From NCBI RefSeq assembly GCF_000315625.1, contig NW_005434673.1, positions 872,994 through 936,993 on the forward strand: 64,000 nt of DNA, in the 5' to 3' direction. The notes under the pieces are model-generated. The model saw only the letters and a program-made list of their open reading frames with translations, made no database searches and had not been told where the DNA came from. The DNA comes from Guillardia theta CCMP2712 (Eukaryota; Protista; Cryptophyta). The position numbers were made by a program, and so were the translations under genes. This document shows, piece after piece, positions 1-13,100 of this stretch. Within the stretch, counting starts at the first letter, position 1. Each line of letters opens with the position of its first letter.

Positions 1-3000
1 GGGCTTCAAGCTTGAGGCGAGGCAGAGGAGCCGGGCGATCAGAGGGACGGGGAAGGAGGGGATGCTGCTGAGGTCGATCGAGGAGGCGATGAGGAGGCAG
101 TCGCTGAGGGGCGGCCGGGGGGCTCAAGAGTGAAGGAGGAAGGGGGAGAAGAAGAATGGGGAGGGGGAGATGTAAGACTGATGTAGATATAGAGATGTAA
201 ATAAAGAGGCTGATCATCATGAAGACTGAGATGCGAGTTCTTTCACACCCACACCATGTTGTTTCCTACCTCGTACCCTTTCTCTTTGTCCATGTGATTT
301 TCTTCGTTGTTGTGTAAGTTTTTCCTTCTGCTAACTTTTCCTGTTTCATGTGTTTTGTATGTGAACTAGATCTTCTTACAAACGTCGGCAATTCCATCAG
401 CGAACTGAGACGCCATCGGTGCTGTTACGGCAAGCTGACTCATACAGCACACCACAATGCGTCTTGTCTCTCAGCGGTCTTGTTTCCTTTCTGCAGTCTG
501 CTGCGCTGCTATGCCCAGCCGCATGCCAACCTCTTGAGAGTCAACCTACCCATCTTCGCTCTTGTTCTGGCCCTCTGCTTCCTACATCATCGTCCTGCTC
601 CTACTCGTTCCCCTTCACAGGCTCTCACCTCGCTGCTGCTCCTTGTGCTCAATTCTTGATTTGGTTCTTCCCTTCACCCTTCTCCTCCCATCCCTTCTCA
701 TCACGAGCTCCTGACGCTTTTTGCGGAGCAGGAATCTTCCATTGCTCTCTTGGGGCTAGGAGGTTGACCAGACTCTTGGTGGAGCTAACAGCGAAGTGAC
801 AAGTGTCGACGCTGACGAAGCGCAGGAGTGATCATGCTCAACATCTACCTCGGGTCTCAACCGTGGCGATCTCTCCTCGTTCTTCTGGTACTCGGAGGGA
901 TAGAGGAGGTTGTGTTGCTGACGTGATTGTATCTCCCTGCCAAAGATGGTGGAAGCTCTCAGAGCAGGTGTCGTAAGACATTGTGGTCCCTTTCTGACAC
1001 CCGTGGCAGTCTTGTGCGCAAGGATCCTCGACGAGCTGTGCTTTGCTGGAGCCCTCCGGCACCCGCGAGCATGTCCAGACAGAGCCCGGGCATGCGCCAT
1101 CACAGGGGGGGTGCAGCGCCGACCAAGCAGATGGCAGGCGCTAGGGATGTTGCAGCATGGAGGCAGAACTCGGAGGGTTCGAGCAACGTTGTGGAGATGT
1201 CAACAAGAAGGCTCGAGCGGTAACTCAGGGAGCGACTTTGAGATTGAGTTTGACTGATGATGATGCTTGCAAGCCGACAACTCAAAGGACACGGGCTATG
1301 ACGAGCTGGATGAACTGGTGAAGAAGGAGAAACAGTCTCTCGATATCGAGGAGCGGAATCAAAGTGATGTCGTGGATGAGTAGGAAAGGATGGGTTCTGA
1401 CAGTTGCTACCTGTTTCATGCCAGGACCAAGAAACTGCGTCCTCGCAATTCTGCGAGCCAAGAGGTCAGAGTCAGGGATAAGCGCAACGGAATGACACGA
1501 TTTCTATGGCAGCATTTCCCCGGTGCCAGGGCTGCCGTCGGTGGACAATGGTGACGTGGCAGATCAGAAGTATGGTGCTGAAAGTCCTTCACCTCTGCAG
1601 TGTTCGAGTACTTGCTCGAGAGCCGCGAGAGCGTTGGAGAAGAGTGGAACATGGGGATGATGTTCTACCTGCCGGAGGTGCAGGGTTAGAATCTCGTGGG
1701 CCGATGTGCGATGAGATGCTGACGAATGTTGTAGTGATGGAGAATGAAAGTGTGGATGAGGCGATCGGTCGCCTTCTGAGAGAGGTAACAATATCATCAC
1801 CATCACCATCACCATCACCATCACCATCACCATCACCATCACCATCACCGTCACCATCTTAATGATCGTTATCATCATCACCACCACCATCTCCATCTCC
1901 ATCTCCATGTCTATCTCCATCGTCGTCATCATCGTTGTCGTCAGCACTACCATCGCAGTCATCACCGTCATTTTCATTCAAGATATCACCTTGAACTCAG
2001 CAAAAACTCTTTCCTTGCAGTTCGGGTTGGAAAAAGGGCAGGCGGCGATCTACCCGAACCTGTTCCAGATACCTGAATATGAGGTTGTGCAAGAGAGAAG
2101 TCCTTTGATACTTCCCGACAACGAGGTGAGTGATGTTTGATGGGCAGAACACCTTACAAGAAATAGACACGTCAGAAGTTGACTAGGCAGACCGATCCTA
2201 TTTGTACATGTCTAAACACCTCGTAGTAGCACTGATTCGCACATAACGCCAACATACTGGAGATTCCCTCCCTCACGTGTCTGTACGACAAGGTGCACAT
2301 GACGACCAAAATCCTGGAGTTTCTGCGAGCCGAAGCTTTCATCGTCGTGGACTACAAGACTGAGAGTGAGTTGTTGTTGGTGTGATCGAAATGTCTGCAG
2401 ATGACTGCTGGCCCATAGTGTGCACAACAAGCCATGAGCTGCGATGGGTTGACACTAAAGATATTCTAGAAGGCTGGCTTGCTGTGAGGCTTTTCGTCTC
2501 CCTCCCTTCCTCTCCCTCGTCCTCCTCTCCCAGTTTTTCCTTGTTCTCTTCCTCCCTCCTCGTCTTTCTCGCCCACCTTGTTTCTCCCTGCTGCTCCTTC
2601 TCTTCTCTCCGTTTTCTTCATCCCCTCCTCTCCACCATGTTTCTCACTCCTTCCTGCCTGCCTTTCAAGATGCCTCCTGGTCGCTTTCATTCGTTCCGCT
2701 TGACTCCTTCCTCTCCTTGCCAGGCCACTGGGGGCAAACCCACGCTTAACTCAGACAACCTGGACTCCGCCTTCCTCTTGAAAGGTTCAAGTCAACCCCT
2801 GCTATCGGGCTCTGGTTGTGAGTTGAGAGCAGACGGCTCGCGGGTGCACGAAGACGTTGTTGCTGTGCTGGCTCGTGTCGAGGTTGGGCCTCTTGCTGAC
2901 TTGAAGGTCCTTGTGAGCTGCGAGCAGGGGCTGCGGGAGAGGTGGCCGACCAGGGTGCTGGAGAACTTCCGAGAGATTTCAGGGGTGGGAGAGGAGGGAG

Positions 3001-3197
3001 GAGCGGCAGGTGGAAGGGTGACTATGGCTGCAGCAATTCGATCTGATGCGGATTATGGTCGAGATGGATCGATGGCAGGAGGGAGAGGAGGGAGGGGAGG
3101 GAGGGGAGGGAGGGGAGGGAGAGGAGGGAGGGGAGGGAGGGGAGGGAGACGGGCGTTGATGGCAGAGGCGAGGTTAAGAGTAGATGCATCCTTCTAA
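1..3197 (+). CDS. Multi-exon gene(s) of unknown function (5' part may lie outside the window)
   Basis: Coding-like segments bounded by GT..AG (e.g. ...SLRGGRGAQE at 2-133; LNSAKTLSLQFGLEKGQAAIYPNLFQIPEYEVV ~1990-2125; DDCWPIVCTTSHELRWVDTKDILEGW ~2400-2480; stop at 3197). No family recognised; could be one or two genes. Confidence 0.35.
1795..1858. repeat. (CCATCA)n microsatellite, intronic
   Basis: About 10 tandem hexamers read directly. Confidence 0.9.
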
Positions 3198-3506
3198 CTT
3201 GCCGTGTTGAGTCCTTGTTCAGATAAGGAGTGGGGGAAACAGGAAGGGGAGAGGAACAAACACGGGGGGGGGAGGAACTGGTGCAAGCGAAGGAGGAAGA
3301 GGAGGAGAAGTTGGTGTAGCAGACGACGGAGGAGAACAAGGAGGAGAAGACAAAGAAAGAGAACCACAAGGAGATTGTGTTGATAATCGCAAAGTCAGGA
3401 AGGACGTACATCAAGAAATGAAACACTACACTGCTTTACTTTTACAAGAATAAAAAGAAAAATGAAGACAGGGCCAGAGCAACCCTTTGCTCGCTCCCTC
3501 TGTCGT

Positions 3507-6393
3507 CTATTTCTTGAATGCCGCCATGTTTACCCGGAGAGGTCTACCGTTGATCTTCTTCCTGCTCAAACAAATTAATGGCCATCTCCGGTTGACCCCT
3601 GCTCTCCTTTCTCCTCTTTCCCTCCCTTTTCTCACTGGTTTCCACCTTTCCTGTTCTCAGATCCCACTGACCAACTTCTCCGTCACTACAAATCCTTCCT
3701 TCCTTGTTCCGTACCCACCCGTTCAACGCCGAGCATGCATTCTGCGCTTCTTCTGAAGAGCCCAAAGTGACAAAAGCGACGCCCTGAGTATAAGTCAAGA
3801 GGAAAACGTTTAATGACTTACACAGTCGAAGAGAAAGACAGGAAGAAGAAATGCAGAGACAAGAAGGAGGGCGAGGAGGAGAAAGTGAGGAAGAAAAAGT
3901 TGGTCTACCTTGAAGGTATTTGTCTCTTGATCGTTGAGCATCACAACTCTTTCGATCGATCCGTTGCTACTGAAAATCCTGCACAACTATCAGGTACTTC
4001 CCTTCCACCTTCTCCTCTTCCACCACCTCCGTATCATCATCTCTATCATCCTCCCCCTCCTCCTCCTCCTCCTCTCCCCCCCCTCAACCCCCTTACTCCT
4101 CCTTCTCCTTCTCCTCCTCCTCCCCATCATCATCCCCATTTCCTTTCTCTTCTTTCATGACACTCACTCTCTAATCGCTGGCTCGTCCATGTTGAAAGAC
4201 AGGCCTCCAACAAACACCTTCCTCTCGTTCTCATTGTTCCCCCGCGGCCTGCTACCATGGTCATTCTCCATCCTTCTCCCCCTCCCCCTCCCCCTCCCCT
4301 TTCTCCTCCTCCTCTCCGTACCTGCCAGGGGACTTCCCTCCACCGTCAGACCTCCTGCCCGCCGGAGACATGGACTCGCCTCCCCTTCCTCTCCCTCCTC
4401 CTCCTGCTCCGCCGAACGCCCCGTTGCGATTCCCCTCCTGCAGCGCCGGCAAGTCCTCCAGGCTCCTGACGGGCTCGAGGACGCAGCCAGGGGGAGAGCC
4501 GGCCTGCTCGAACTCCTCCACCTTGTCCTGCGGAACGTCGAAGGCTGCGCCCATGACCGGCTGCTCCTTGAAGAGACGGATACCCTTGATGCTGGAGACG
4601 AGCTCTTGAGGGAGGACCTTGCGGAGGAGAACAAAAACCATCCTGCTCTCTGCCATGGGCTGAGTCGTCTTGATCACAAAGGTCTTGAACCCTTCGAGGG
4701 AGGACAGGAGCGAGCGGGCGGGGAGCGGCTTCGTCTGCCCAGCGATCACGGCAAGGGCAGCGCAGAGCGCCTTGGTAGCGCCCATGTCCTGTATCATCTC
4801 CTCTGCCGTCTTCTCGAAGAGCGGCAGGACGTCGCTGTGCACCTCCTCTACAGACAGCTTGATGTCCCTCGCGTTCGCCTTCACGATCTCCTCTGGCTGC
4901 GGCGCGCTGATCTGCCGCATCTTCGTCTTGATCCTCCACTCGATAGCTCGCAGCTGGTGCATTTCCCTCGGAGTGAAGAACGTCACCGCTACCCCGCTCC
5001 TCCCCGCTCGCCCCGTCCTCCCCGACCGATGCACGTACGTGTCTGCGTCCTTGGTGGGATGGCACATGATGACTAGGTCGACCTCAGGGATGTCCAGCCC
5101 TCGTGCCGCCACGTCAGTCGCCACCAGGCAGCGGAACTTCCCGTCCCTGAACGCCTGAAAGGTCGTCTCCCTCTGAGCCTGCGCTATGTCCCCGTGCAGC
5201 ACCGCGCAGTCCTGCTTGATCGCATCGTCGAGCGCAAGCTCGTTCGCCTCCTTCTTTGTCTCCGTGAAGATGATGGTCTTCCCGTGAGACCCAGCATAGC
5301 ACAGCACGATGTCTCCTATCGTCCTTGCGCGGGAGTTCCATGGGCAGGGGATACACAGGTGCTCGATCCTAGTCGCCGTCTCCTGCCCCTGCTGTCCGGA
5401 CACAAGGTCGACATGGGCCGTGTTGTTCTTGTCGAAGTATTTTTCCGTCGTCTGTGCGATCCAGTCGGGGATCGTAGCAGAGAAGAGCAGGGTCTGCACA
5501 TGCTCGGGCTTGCTCTCCGCCTCCTCCCCCATCACCCCCTTGAAGATCTTGTCTACCGCGTCCTTGAAGCCGATGTTCAGCATCTCGTCTGCTTCATCCA
5601 GCACGAAGTATCGCACATTGTTCAGCTTCAGCTGCCCCCTCTCCATGAAGTCGATCACTCGCCCTGGCGTGCCCACCACCCAGTCCACCCCTTTCCTCAG
5701 CGCCTGCCCTTGCTCAGCGTAAGCAACGCCTCCATACACCGTGAGGACTGAGAAGCCATCGGCTGCGACCATCTCGAGCACCTTGGCAATCTGCTTGGCG
5801 AGCTCGCGGGTTGGAGAGAGGATGAGGCAGGAGGGCGTCCTCCCGTACTTCCGCGTGTCCAGTTCCCCCTCCTCCTTGAGTCGAAGCATCTGCTCGTGAA
5901 CAGGGAGGATGAAGGAGAGAGTCTTACCCGTCCCTGTCCTCGCTCTTGCAATCAGATCCTTGCCCTCCATGACGTGATTGAAAGTGGCCGACTGGATGGG
6001 GAACAAGCTCGTGATACCTCCTGCCTTGAGCTTCTCTACAGTCTGGTCCGAGATGTCAAAGTCGGTCAGGGGTCTGTTGCCAGCGTTCTCCGAGACAGTC
6101 TCGTTGATCTCAGAAGGCTCCTCAGCCTTCTTTCTCTTCTTTCCAGCCTTGTCGGTCTCCTTCGGCTCCTCCTGCTTCTTCCCTCCTTTCCCCCTCCCGC
6201 CCTTCTTGATCTGCTCACCATCGTTTCCCTTCGATTTCTTGGCTGGCGGCTCGTCATCTCCCCTCCTCCTCTTCTTCTTGTCGTCATCGACCTTGCTCAT
6301 CTCCTCGTCCTCCTCCTCTCCCTTCCTCCCCCTCCTCTTCTCCTCCTTCCCTTCGCTGGATTTCCTCTGGCCATCTTTCGCCATCACCGCCAT
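3507..6393 (-). CDS. DDX21: DEAD-box RNA helicase, DDX21/DDX50/RH7 family, with GUCT region and spliced C-terminal RRM
   Basis: Q motif (LFPIQ), ARTGTGKT, PTRELA, TPGR, DEAD, SAT, LVATDVAARGLD, YVHRSGRTGRAG, GUCT-like RSLL...AAFDVP; K/E-rich N-terminus. Intron 4249-4321 joins in frame to KVFVGGL (RNP2); further exons IFSSNGSIERVVML..FK / GVAFVT (RNP1) / KKINGRPLRVNMAAFKK*. Confidence 0.9.
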
Positions 6394-6727
6394 GCGCTTC
6401 ACGTGCAGAGTACCCGTGGTCAGTGAGGAGATGAGGGTCCTTGTCTCCAAGAGCCTGAGAGTGCGGGCCCGTACCGTACGGACCGCGGCGATCGGATCGG
6501 ACAGTGAGGCCCGGCGGGCCGGGGCCAGGCAGCTCTGCGGATCGGATCGTTGGCCGGGCCGCGAGACGCCGGACGAATCAAGGCATGAGGATGCGGGCCT
6601 CAGTAACTCAGTTGGGTACAACTTGAGATGAAAGTTCATTCCGACTGTCAAGTTCACTGTGACAGCCGAACTTCGGAAGTTGGGCCTTGGCCCGGCGGCC
6701 TCAAGTACGGTAGCCAGAGACGGATCC

Positions 6728-8698
6728 TCAGCAGCATCCTCCTCCACTGCAGCATCCTCCACCAGAAGCATCAGCAGCAGCTTCAGCCGGCTTGATCGCA
6801 GGGGACGGCCCGCCTATTAGCAGAGAAGGTCAGATTGAAAGTTGCTGAGCTTATAGAAGTTGAGCTTACAGGGGAATTCACCGTAGTGAACTGATCTGTC
6901 CCTGTTCTCGACGCATCAGGCAACGGAGGGCTTCAAGGCGGGCATAAGTTACCCGAGAATCTCAAAGTGAGGGGCGAGCCAGCTTACTCCGTTCTCTCCT
7001 GTGGAGGCAATCTCAGTCTACCTCCTCCTTGCTCAGCTTCTCTGGCTTCACTCACCCAGCATCGCCGCAGTGTTCCCACAGACCAGGCTGAGCTTGCCCT
7101 TCTCGAAGAGGTGGTGATCGTCGAGCATGTAGGAGTGCTCCATTCCTTTGATAGTTCCCTTGTACCTCACAGCCTGCATCGGAGGAAGCTTCAACATTTG
7201 AAGGCCAGAGATCGCACTTGAGCACTCGCCTGGCCATAGTCTTCACATAGTGTCTCAAGCATCCCCTCAGGAAGCTTGAAGAGGCGGTAGGTGATTGAGA
7301 AGAACTTCGCTTCACCCAAGATGGCCTTCAGCTCGGGGTCATGAACTTCGATAGGAGCCTTGAAACCAAGATTAGCATGCGTCTGTAAAAGCATGTACCG
7401 CCACTCACAGACGAGAGAATTCTGGGGTCGCCAAATCCAGCCGCTCTGGCGTATCGAATGAAATCATTGGTGTAGAGGGCGCCTGCGATGCACTCGCCCC
7501 AGCTACATGCCAGTCAGCTGGGAGTTTCCACATTCGCTGTGGGACATACAGGACTTCATGCTCTTGGACGTTCTTTGGAAGTCTACGATCACAGTAGACG
7601 TCGGAGAAATAAAACTCGCCTCCCGGTTTCAGGACGCGGTACACTTCCCTGAAGAAACCGCAGACACGGTCAGTCAAAGAGCAAACCAGGTATCATGGCA
7701 TCACCTCAGCACTCGAGGCTTGTCAGGGGATAGGTTGACTACACAGTTGCTGATCACAAGCTGCGCAACAACGTTCAGTGCTGATGGCACGCGGAGTTAA
7801 CATTGAATACATCAAAAGTGTTGGCCTGGATGCCAGCTTCTTCTAGACGTTCGATGTATCCTTCCACGAAGTTGAGGTTGCAACGATCATACCTGCACAG
7901 TGCAACTGGCATCAGAGTGCAAGTCTTGTTTCCAGGCGGCAGCCAAAACACAACTGGCAAAAGTTTATCACTGTACCCGAGTGACTTGCAGTACTGCTCC
8001 GCATGGGCCCTAGCCACCGAGAGCTGCTCCGCTGTCATGTCGATTCCTGCATCACAGAACTTCAGCAACCCCCAGCTTCTTGTAGACTATCGCAACTTAC
8101 CAACAACAGAGCCAGTCGGTCCGACGAGAGCAGCTGCAGCATAACAATCCCTTCCTGAGCCGCTCCCTAGGTCAAGAACAGATCGCCCTTGAAATGGCAC
8201 GAGCTCAACTCAGACGGGTCGCTTCTGTCATACTGCATGTACCTTCGATGCCCAGAGGAAGAGGAGCTCCGCATCCATAGAACTTTTCACGGACCTAACA
8301 ATGCTTTCACCACTAGCCATTCTCCTCTGAACAGGCTATCAACCTCCTTGGGGATTGAGCGGATAACTTTCGCCTTCAAGAAAAGATCCAAGTCAGGAGC
8401 AACTATCTCAGGCAGGAAGAGCAGCATCACCACAACGGGATGGGGACGACCACTCGCTGTGCATGCTGAAGTCTTCAGATCCTTGCTGGTGTGGAGCACC
8501 TGCGGACGAATCAGCGATCACCCATGGATGTTCCCATCAAAACACCTTGCCATAGTAGTCCTTCACGGACTCCAACGTCTGCAGAGCACGAAAGAGGTCA
8601 GCAGATGGAAAAACTTTCGCTCTACACGCATGCCAGGCAGTAATCCTCACTGAATCCACTGGGACCGTTAGTCGCATCCAAGGATATCCTTCACCCAT
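6728..8698 (-). CDS. AS3MT: Arsenite S-adenosylmethionine methyltransferase (ArsM/AS3MT)
   Basis: Spliced exons: [106 protein letters not shown], ending [11 protein letters not shown]. Start approximate. Confidence 0.93.
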
Positions 8699-10159
8699 TG
8701 GCTGTCCCTAACTCTATGTAATCTGCGTCTTCAAACTTTTTTTTCATGCTATCTAGATCCATTTCATCGTATAGATCTCATCGAATCCCCGCCCGACATC
8801 ATCATGTTTTCATCTTTAAGCTGCCCCACCAGCCCCCGTCCTCCTAGTTTCTACCGCCTCACTCTCATTGTACTGGCTTTGCTTTTGCCATGCATGCTCT
8901 CTTTTCACTCTTGCAAATATCTCACTGCAGATATTCTTACAGTCACATCCTCCTCCCTCCCCGTCCTCTCTCCTCCTTCAACATCTCCACTCTCACCATC
9001 TCGTTGGTCGGCATGTTTTTGCTGGCTATGTTTTTAGATCTTCCGCGCTTGTGTCTAGAACAAAGAGGCGGTCTTGAGATGAAGGGGTCCTTGCGACCGG
9101 ATTCACATGGGTAGTGAATACAAATTCAATTACTAGGGGTGGTTTTCCCTGGATAATTGATGGTAAGGGGTAGGGGGACGAGGCGATGACAGAGAATGGG
9201 TAGGGTAGTAGAGTGCCCGTGCTCTTTCAACAGCTCGATATGGGGGTACTCTTGCGGTTTATAACAGGGTGGGGTGACTTCTTGGAGCTGTCAGATGTCA
9301 TGGGTGGGTGGGCTGTATTATGACTACCGGTGTATTTCATTGTCAAGTACCGGTACAATTTCCATATTCTCCGGTCGCACGTCGTGTGGGGACATGTGAC
9401 TGGGAATAGGAGGGGTCATGTGCAGGACGAGGGGTGGGTAGGGTGGGTCAGGAATGTGCCGGGCCGGCGTGTTGTATGGCCGAAGTCCCCGGCGACAAAC
9501 TGCAGAGTGAGGCTCATAACCTAAATTTAGGATACCAGGGGGGTGGGGTATTATTATAGCCTGCTAGAAGACCGTGGGGGAGGTGGGGTGGAAGTGAATA
9601 AATCTGTTTTTAAACTGTAGTGCAAATTGGTACAAATTACCAAAGAAAGTTAGAAATATGTATACTAATTTCTTAAATGTATTTTGATTTTGTACAATAT
9701 TTATAAAAACAAGGCTCCGTATGTAAAATTACTTGTAAACAAACATTTAGGTTAAACTTCTTTTTTTCCTTTCTTATTTCGGGCGGCAGCCAATGGTTCA
9801 ACAGCTCGGACGGGGGTTGTGCTGCGCATGCTGAAGGTAGGAGATTGCGTGTGGTACGAGATGAGACACGTCAGAAAATGTTCTACATGGTTGTGCTCTG
9901 ATGTGCCACGCATGCCTTATCTTTCATAAGCTCTGTTGATGCAGTTTGATGTGCTTGTCACCTTTGAAAAGACTTGTGTCTGGTTGCTCAATGTGATACT
10001 GAGTTATTCTGTTTCCCTGTTGTGCTGATAAGCTATTGCTATTGTTTTATTGTGTATTGCTCTGATTCATACTCCTGACATGTAATTTGAATTGTCATTC
10101 TTTTCTGACAATCGTCCTACAGGTTAATATTTAAGTAGCTTCAGTCTGTTTTCCCGACC

Positions 10160-13100
10160 ATGTCTTCGACAGAGAAGGAGTACCGAAACGTTCTGGCCTT
10201 TTTTGTCTCTCTGCCAGCTGATGATCGTCTGAATCTTTTATACATCACAAAACCAAGATCTGCTGCTGTCCTTCATCGGATGTACGACATCTTGTCTCAG
10301 GCCAGCAATCAAGCATCGATCGCATTTTATTTCGATGGGATTCAGCAAGTTAGAACCGTGAAAAACTACGGAGATTGGACTCCGAGCATGGAGCCGAGCT
10401 TGGAGAAGCTGAAGTTCTTCTCATCCTCAGTTTCCACCGCCAACTTCGAACTAGAATTCGAGCTGGAAAGGGTCTTGCGCCTGAGCGTGGTCGATGACGT
10501 GTTCGTGCCCTTCGAGTTGTTGGAGTTCAGCCAGGACGCTGAAAAGATCTTTGACATGCTCTATAACCTGGCTCCTTTCGTGACTTGCTACGATCGGCCA
10601 TCTTCAAGGCTCAGGGGAACTCAGTACTTCACCCCCCTGACCTTTGTTGCTTCGTTGATGATGAAGAACATATTGGATCGCTACAGTGTGATGTCGAAAA
10701 AAGGCATCACACAACCTGCCCGATGCTCAACGATGTCCGATGGGCCCAATGTCCGGAATATTCTTGCTCGACTCCGCCAGTTCTCAAAGGCGGAGCTCAA
10801 TTCCATAGACTTTTCGTTCACTCGAGAGTTGTTACGAAGGTGCTCTCGAAGTATTTCAGGTCAGATCTCCGTTTGACATCTCAGCTGTATGCCTGATTTG
10901 GTGAAAGATTTACCAACGAGGTCTGTCGAGCAAGATACAGAAAATTTTGAAGTCGTTGCTAAGGTTCCCATTTTGGTTGCCTTGAAGTACGAGCTTACAA
11001 AAGAGCAGGGCCTCATGATGAAGGATAAGGAAAACGGGTGGGAGAAGGTGAATTCGTGGGCGAAGCAGTGGAGTGCGCTCGATCCTCGCCTGGAACAATC
11101 TCAGGTTGAGATCTGAAACCATCACTTGCTTGCCAGTGATTGTGTTCCTTCAGGTCTCGGCAGCTGCTACACCACTGGGCGTTGCGTCGCCGGTTGAAGA
11201 CGAAGACGCGACACTTATTCCCAACTATCTAAGCCTTGTATTATCGACAGAAAAATTACGACTCAGCCGATCGGTGAGCTCACTTGGTTTCCTGGTTGCG
11301 GTCGTGCGTTAGTGACCTTCGATGAAACTCAGATGATTCGACGCGAAATCTTCTCAAGTTTCAAACGAGGGCCGCATGTAGAGAACTTTGCTTGTCTAGC
11401 AGATTGTTGGCATTGTGATCAGGAGCTATATGATGTGTCCTGCTTGACAAATCCTGGTGGAAAAGTTGCAGGCAATATCTTGAGTTCCGGGTGCAAGTAT
11501 GCAGACACCTTGATGCATGCTCTTGTTTCGTTCCCATTGGCGTATTCGGCATTTTATCGCAGACATTTGCACAAGGAGACACAATTCACTTTTGCTGAAA
11601 TGGCCCGGGATGTCCTAAAAACCACAAGGCCCCAGGCACTGTCGAAGGTAATCGTTGGGCTCCCCACTTCTCCAAACTGATGTTGAGATCCAGGACCTGC
11701 ATCTGTCCCAAAAATCTTCCACGGAGTTTACCAAGAGCATTCTGTGGGATACATCATCGTCCAGACTTTGCCGCGGAGACAAGGTTTCAATCGTGCACAA
11801 GGACGCAGATCGAGAAAGCCATTCAAGGATTTGGGGGGGGGTTCGGAATGATATCTTCTCTGCCGAATCCTCAAGCGCTGGCGCTCCTTTTGACAAGGAT
11901 TGGAACATCATGGACAAGATTGATGAAGTACGTCTGCGCAGTGAAGAATGCCTGGGACAGACGGCTCAGCAGATGGATGAAGCGTCGCTAGCATACGAGA
12001 GCATGGCAAAGAAGAGCTATCTCTCTCAACAGCCGGCCTGCCAGTCGCCTTTTGTTGAACGGAACAGTTACAAGACTCCCAGGTCTTCAAGGCGAAAGCC
12101 TGTGCATGAACAAGAGAGAGATCTTTCGGACAGCAGCATCGATTCAATGTCCTCATCCTCCTCCTCCTCCTCCTCCTCCTCGCAGCTGTCGGAAGCTGAA
12201 TCACTCAATGTTAATGGGCCAAATGGGGATGAGGATGAACAAGTCAAGCCACAGGACACCTCGATCATGCTGAAGAGCAGAGAACTCGATGCCCCAGGTC
12301 GCGATCGCAGCACAAGCCCTCAGTCACCCAAAGGAACAGATGAACCCGTTGATTCCGACGTAGAGAATCAAGAAGTGTCGGAAACAGCGATCGGGAAGGT
12401 GAGGGAGAATGTGAGTGTAGCTTCTGAAGAGGAAAGAGATGAAGTAGCAGAAAGCATGGCTCCAAGCCTCAAGTCAGACATCTCGGCAGCAAAAGCTGCT
12501 GAAAATGCGTCAGGGATCATGTTCTCAGCAAGCAATGACACGCAACAAGGGAGCGATCTTCTTTCGAATGCTACAAAGTCAGACATCCAAGATTTTAGCA
12601 AGACGCAGTGTGAAATAAGCTCCAAGATATCTGACAAAACCCATAAGGCTAGCTCGAAACGTCTCGCACACTACAACCCTTTGAGACCGGAGCATCACTG
12701 CTTCGCTTCGATGCCTGATGACAGGAAGTCGGTCACGAGGAGGCTGCACAGTGAGATCGTTGAGTTGCTGAACCAAGTGTACCCCACCAACTCTACGAGG
12801 ACGCGGCGTCAGAGGATCGTTGACCTCGTTGACGAAGCTGTGAAATCGTGCTGGGAGGGAGCGCATGTGGAGGTGTATGGCTCCTTCTCGACTGATCTCT
12901 ACCTACCTCACAGTGATGTGGACGTGCTCGTCATTGGAGCAAAAGAATGGTCGATCGAATCGAAGATGAAGCACCTGGCTTCACGTTTGAAATCCATGCC
13001 ATGGTGTAGGTACATGAGGTCTATCGAGAACACTTCAGTCCCAGTGATCAAATTGTCGGCCGACGTGTCCAAGATCTCCTTGAACGAGGGACGAGCAGGG

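Noticed and set aside
6580-6730. Selenocysteine read-through of the AS3MT TGA (CC-U-G) with a SECIS
   Set aside because: An ATGA..AA..GA arrangement exists downstream but the core stem pairs poorly; SECISearch would settle it
6394-6771. N-terminal extension of the 836-aa helicase ORF
   Set aside because: It runs through the GC island and overlaps the last AS3MT exon; the real start is more likely 6393 or 6384
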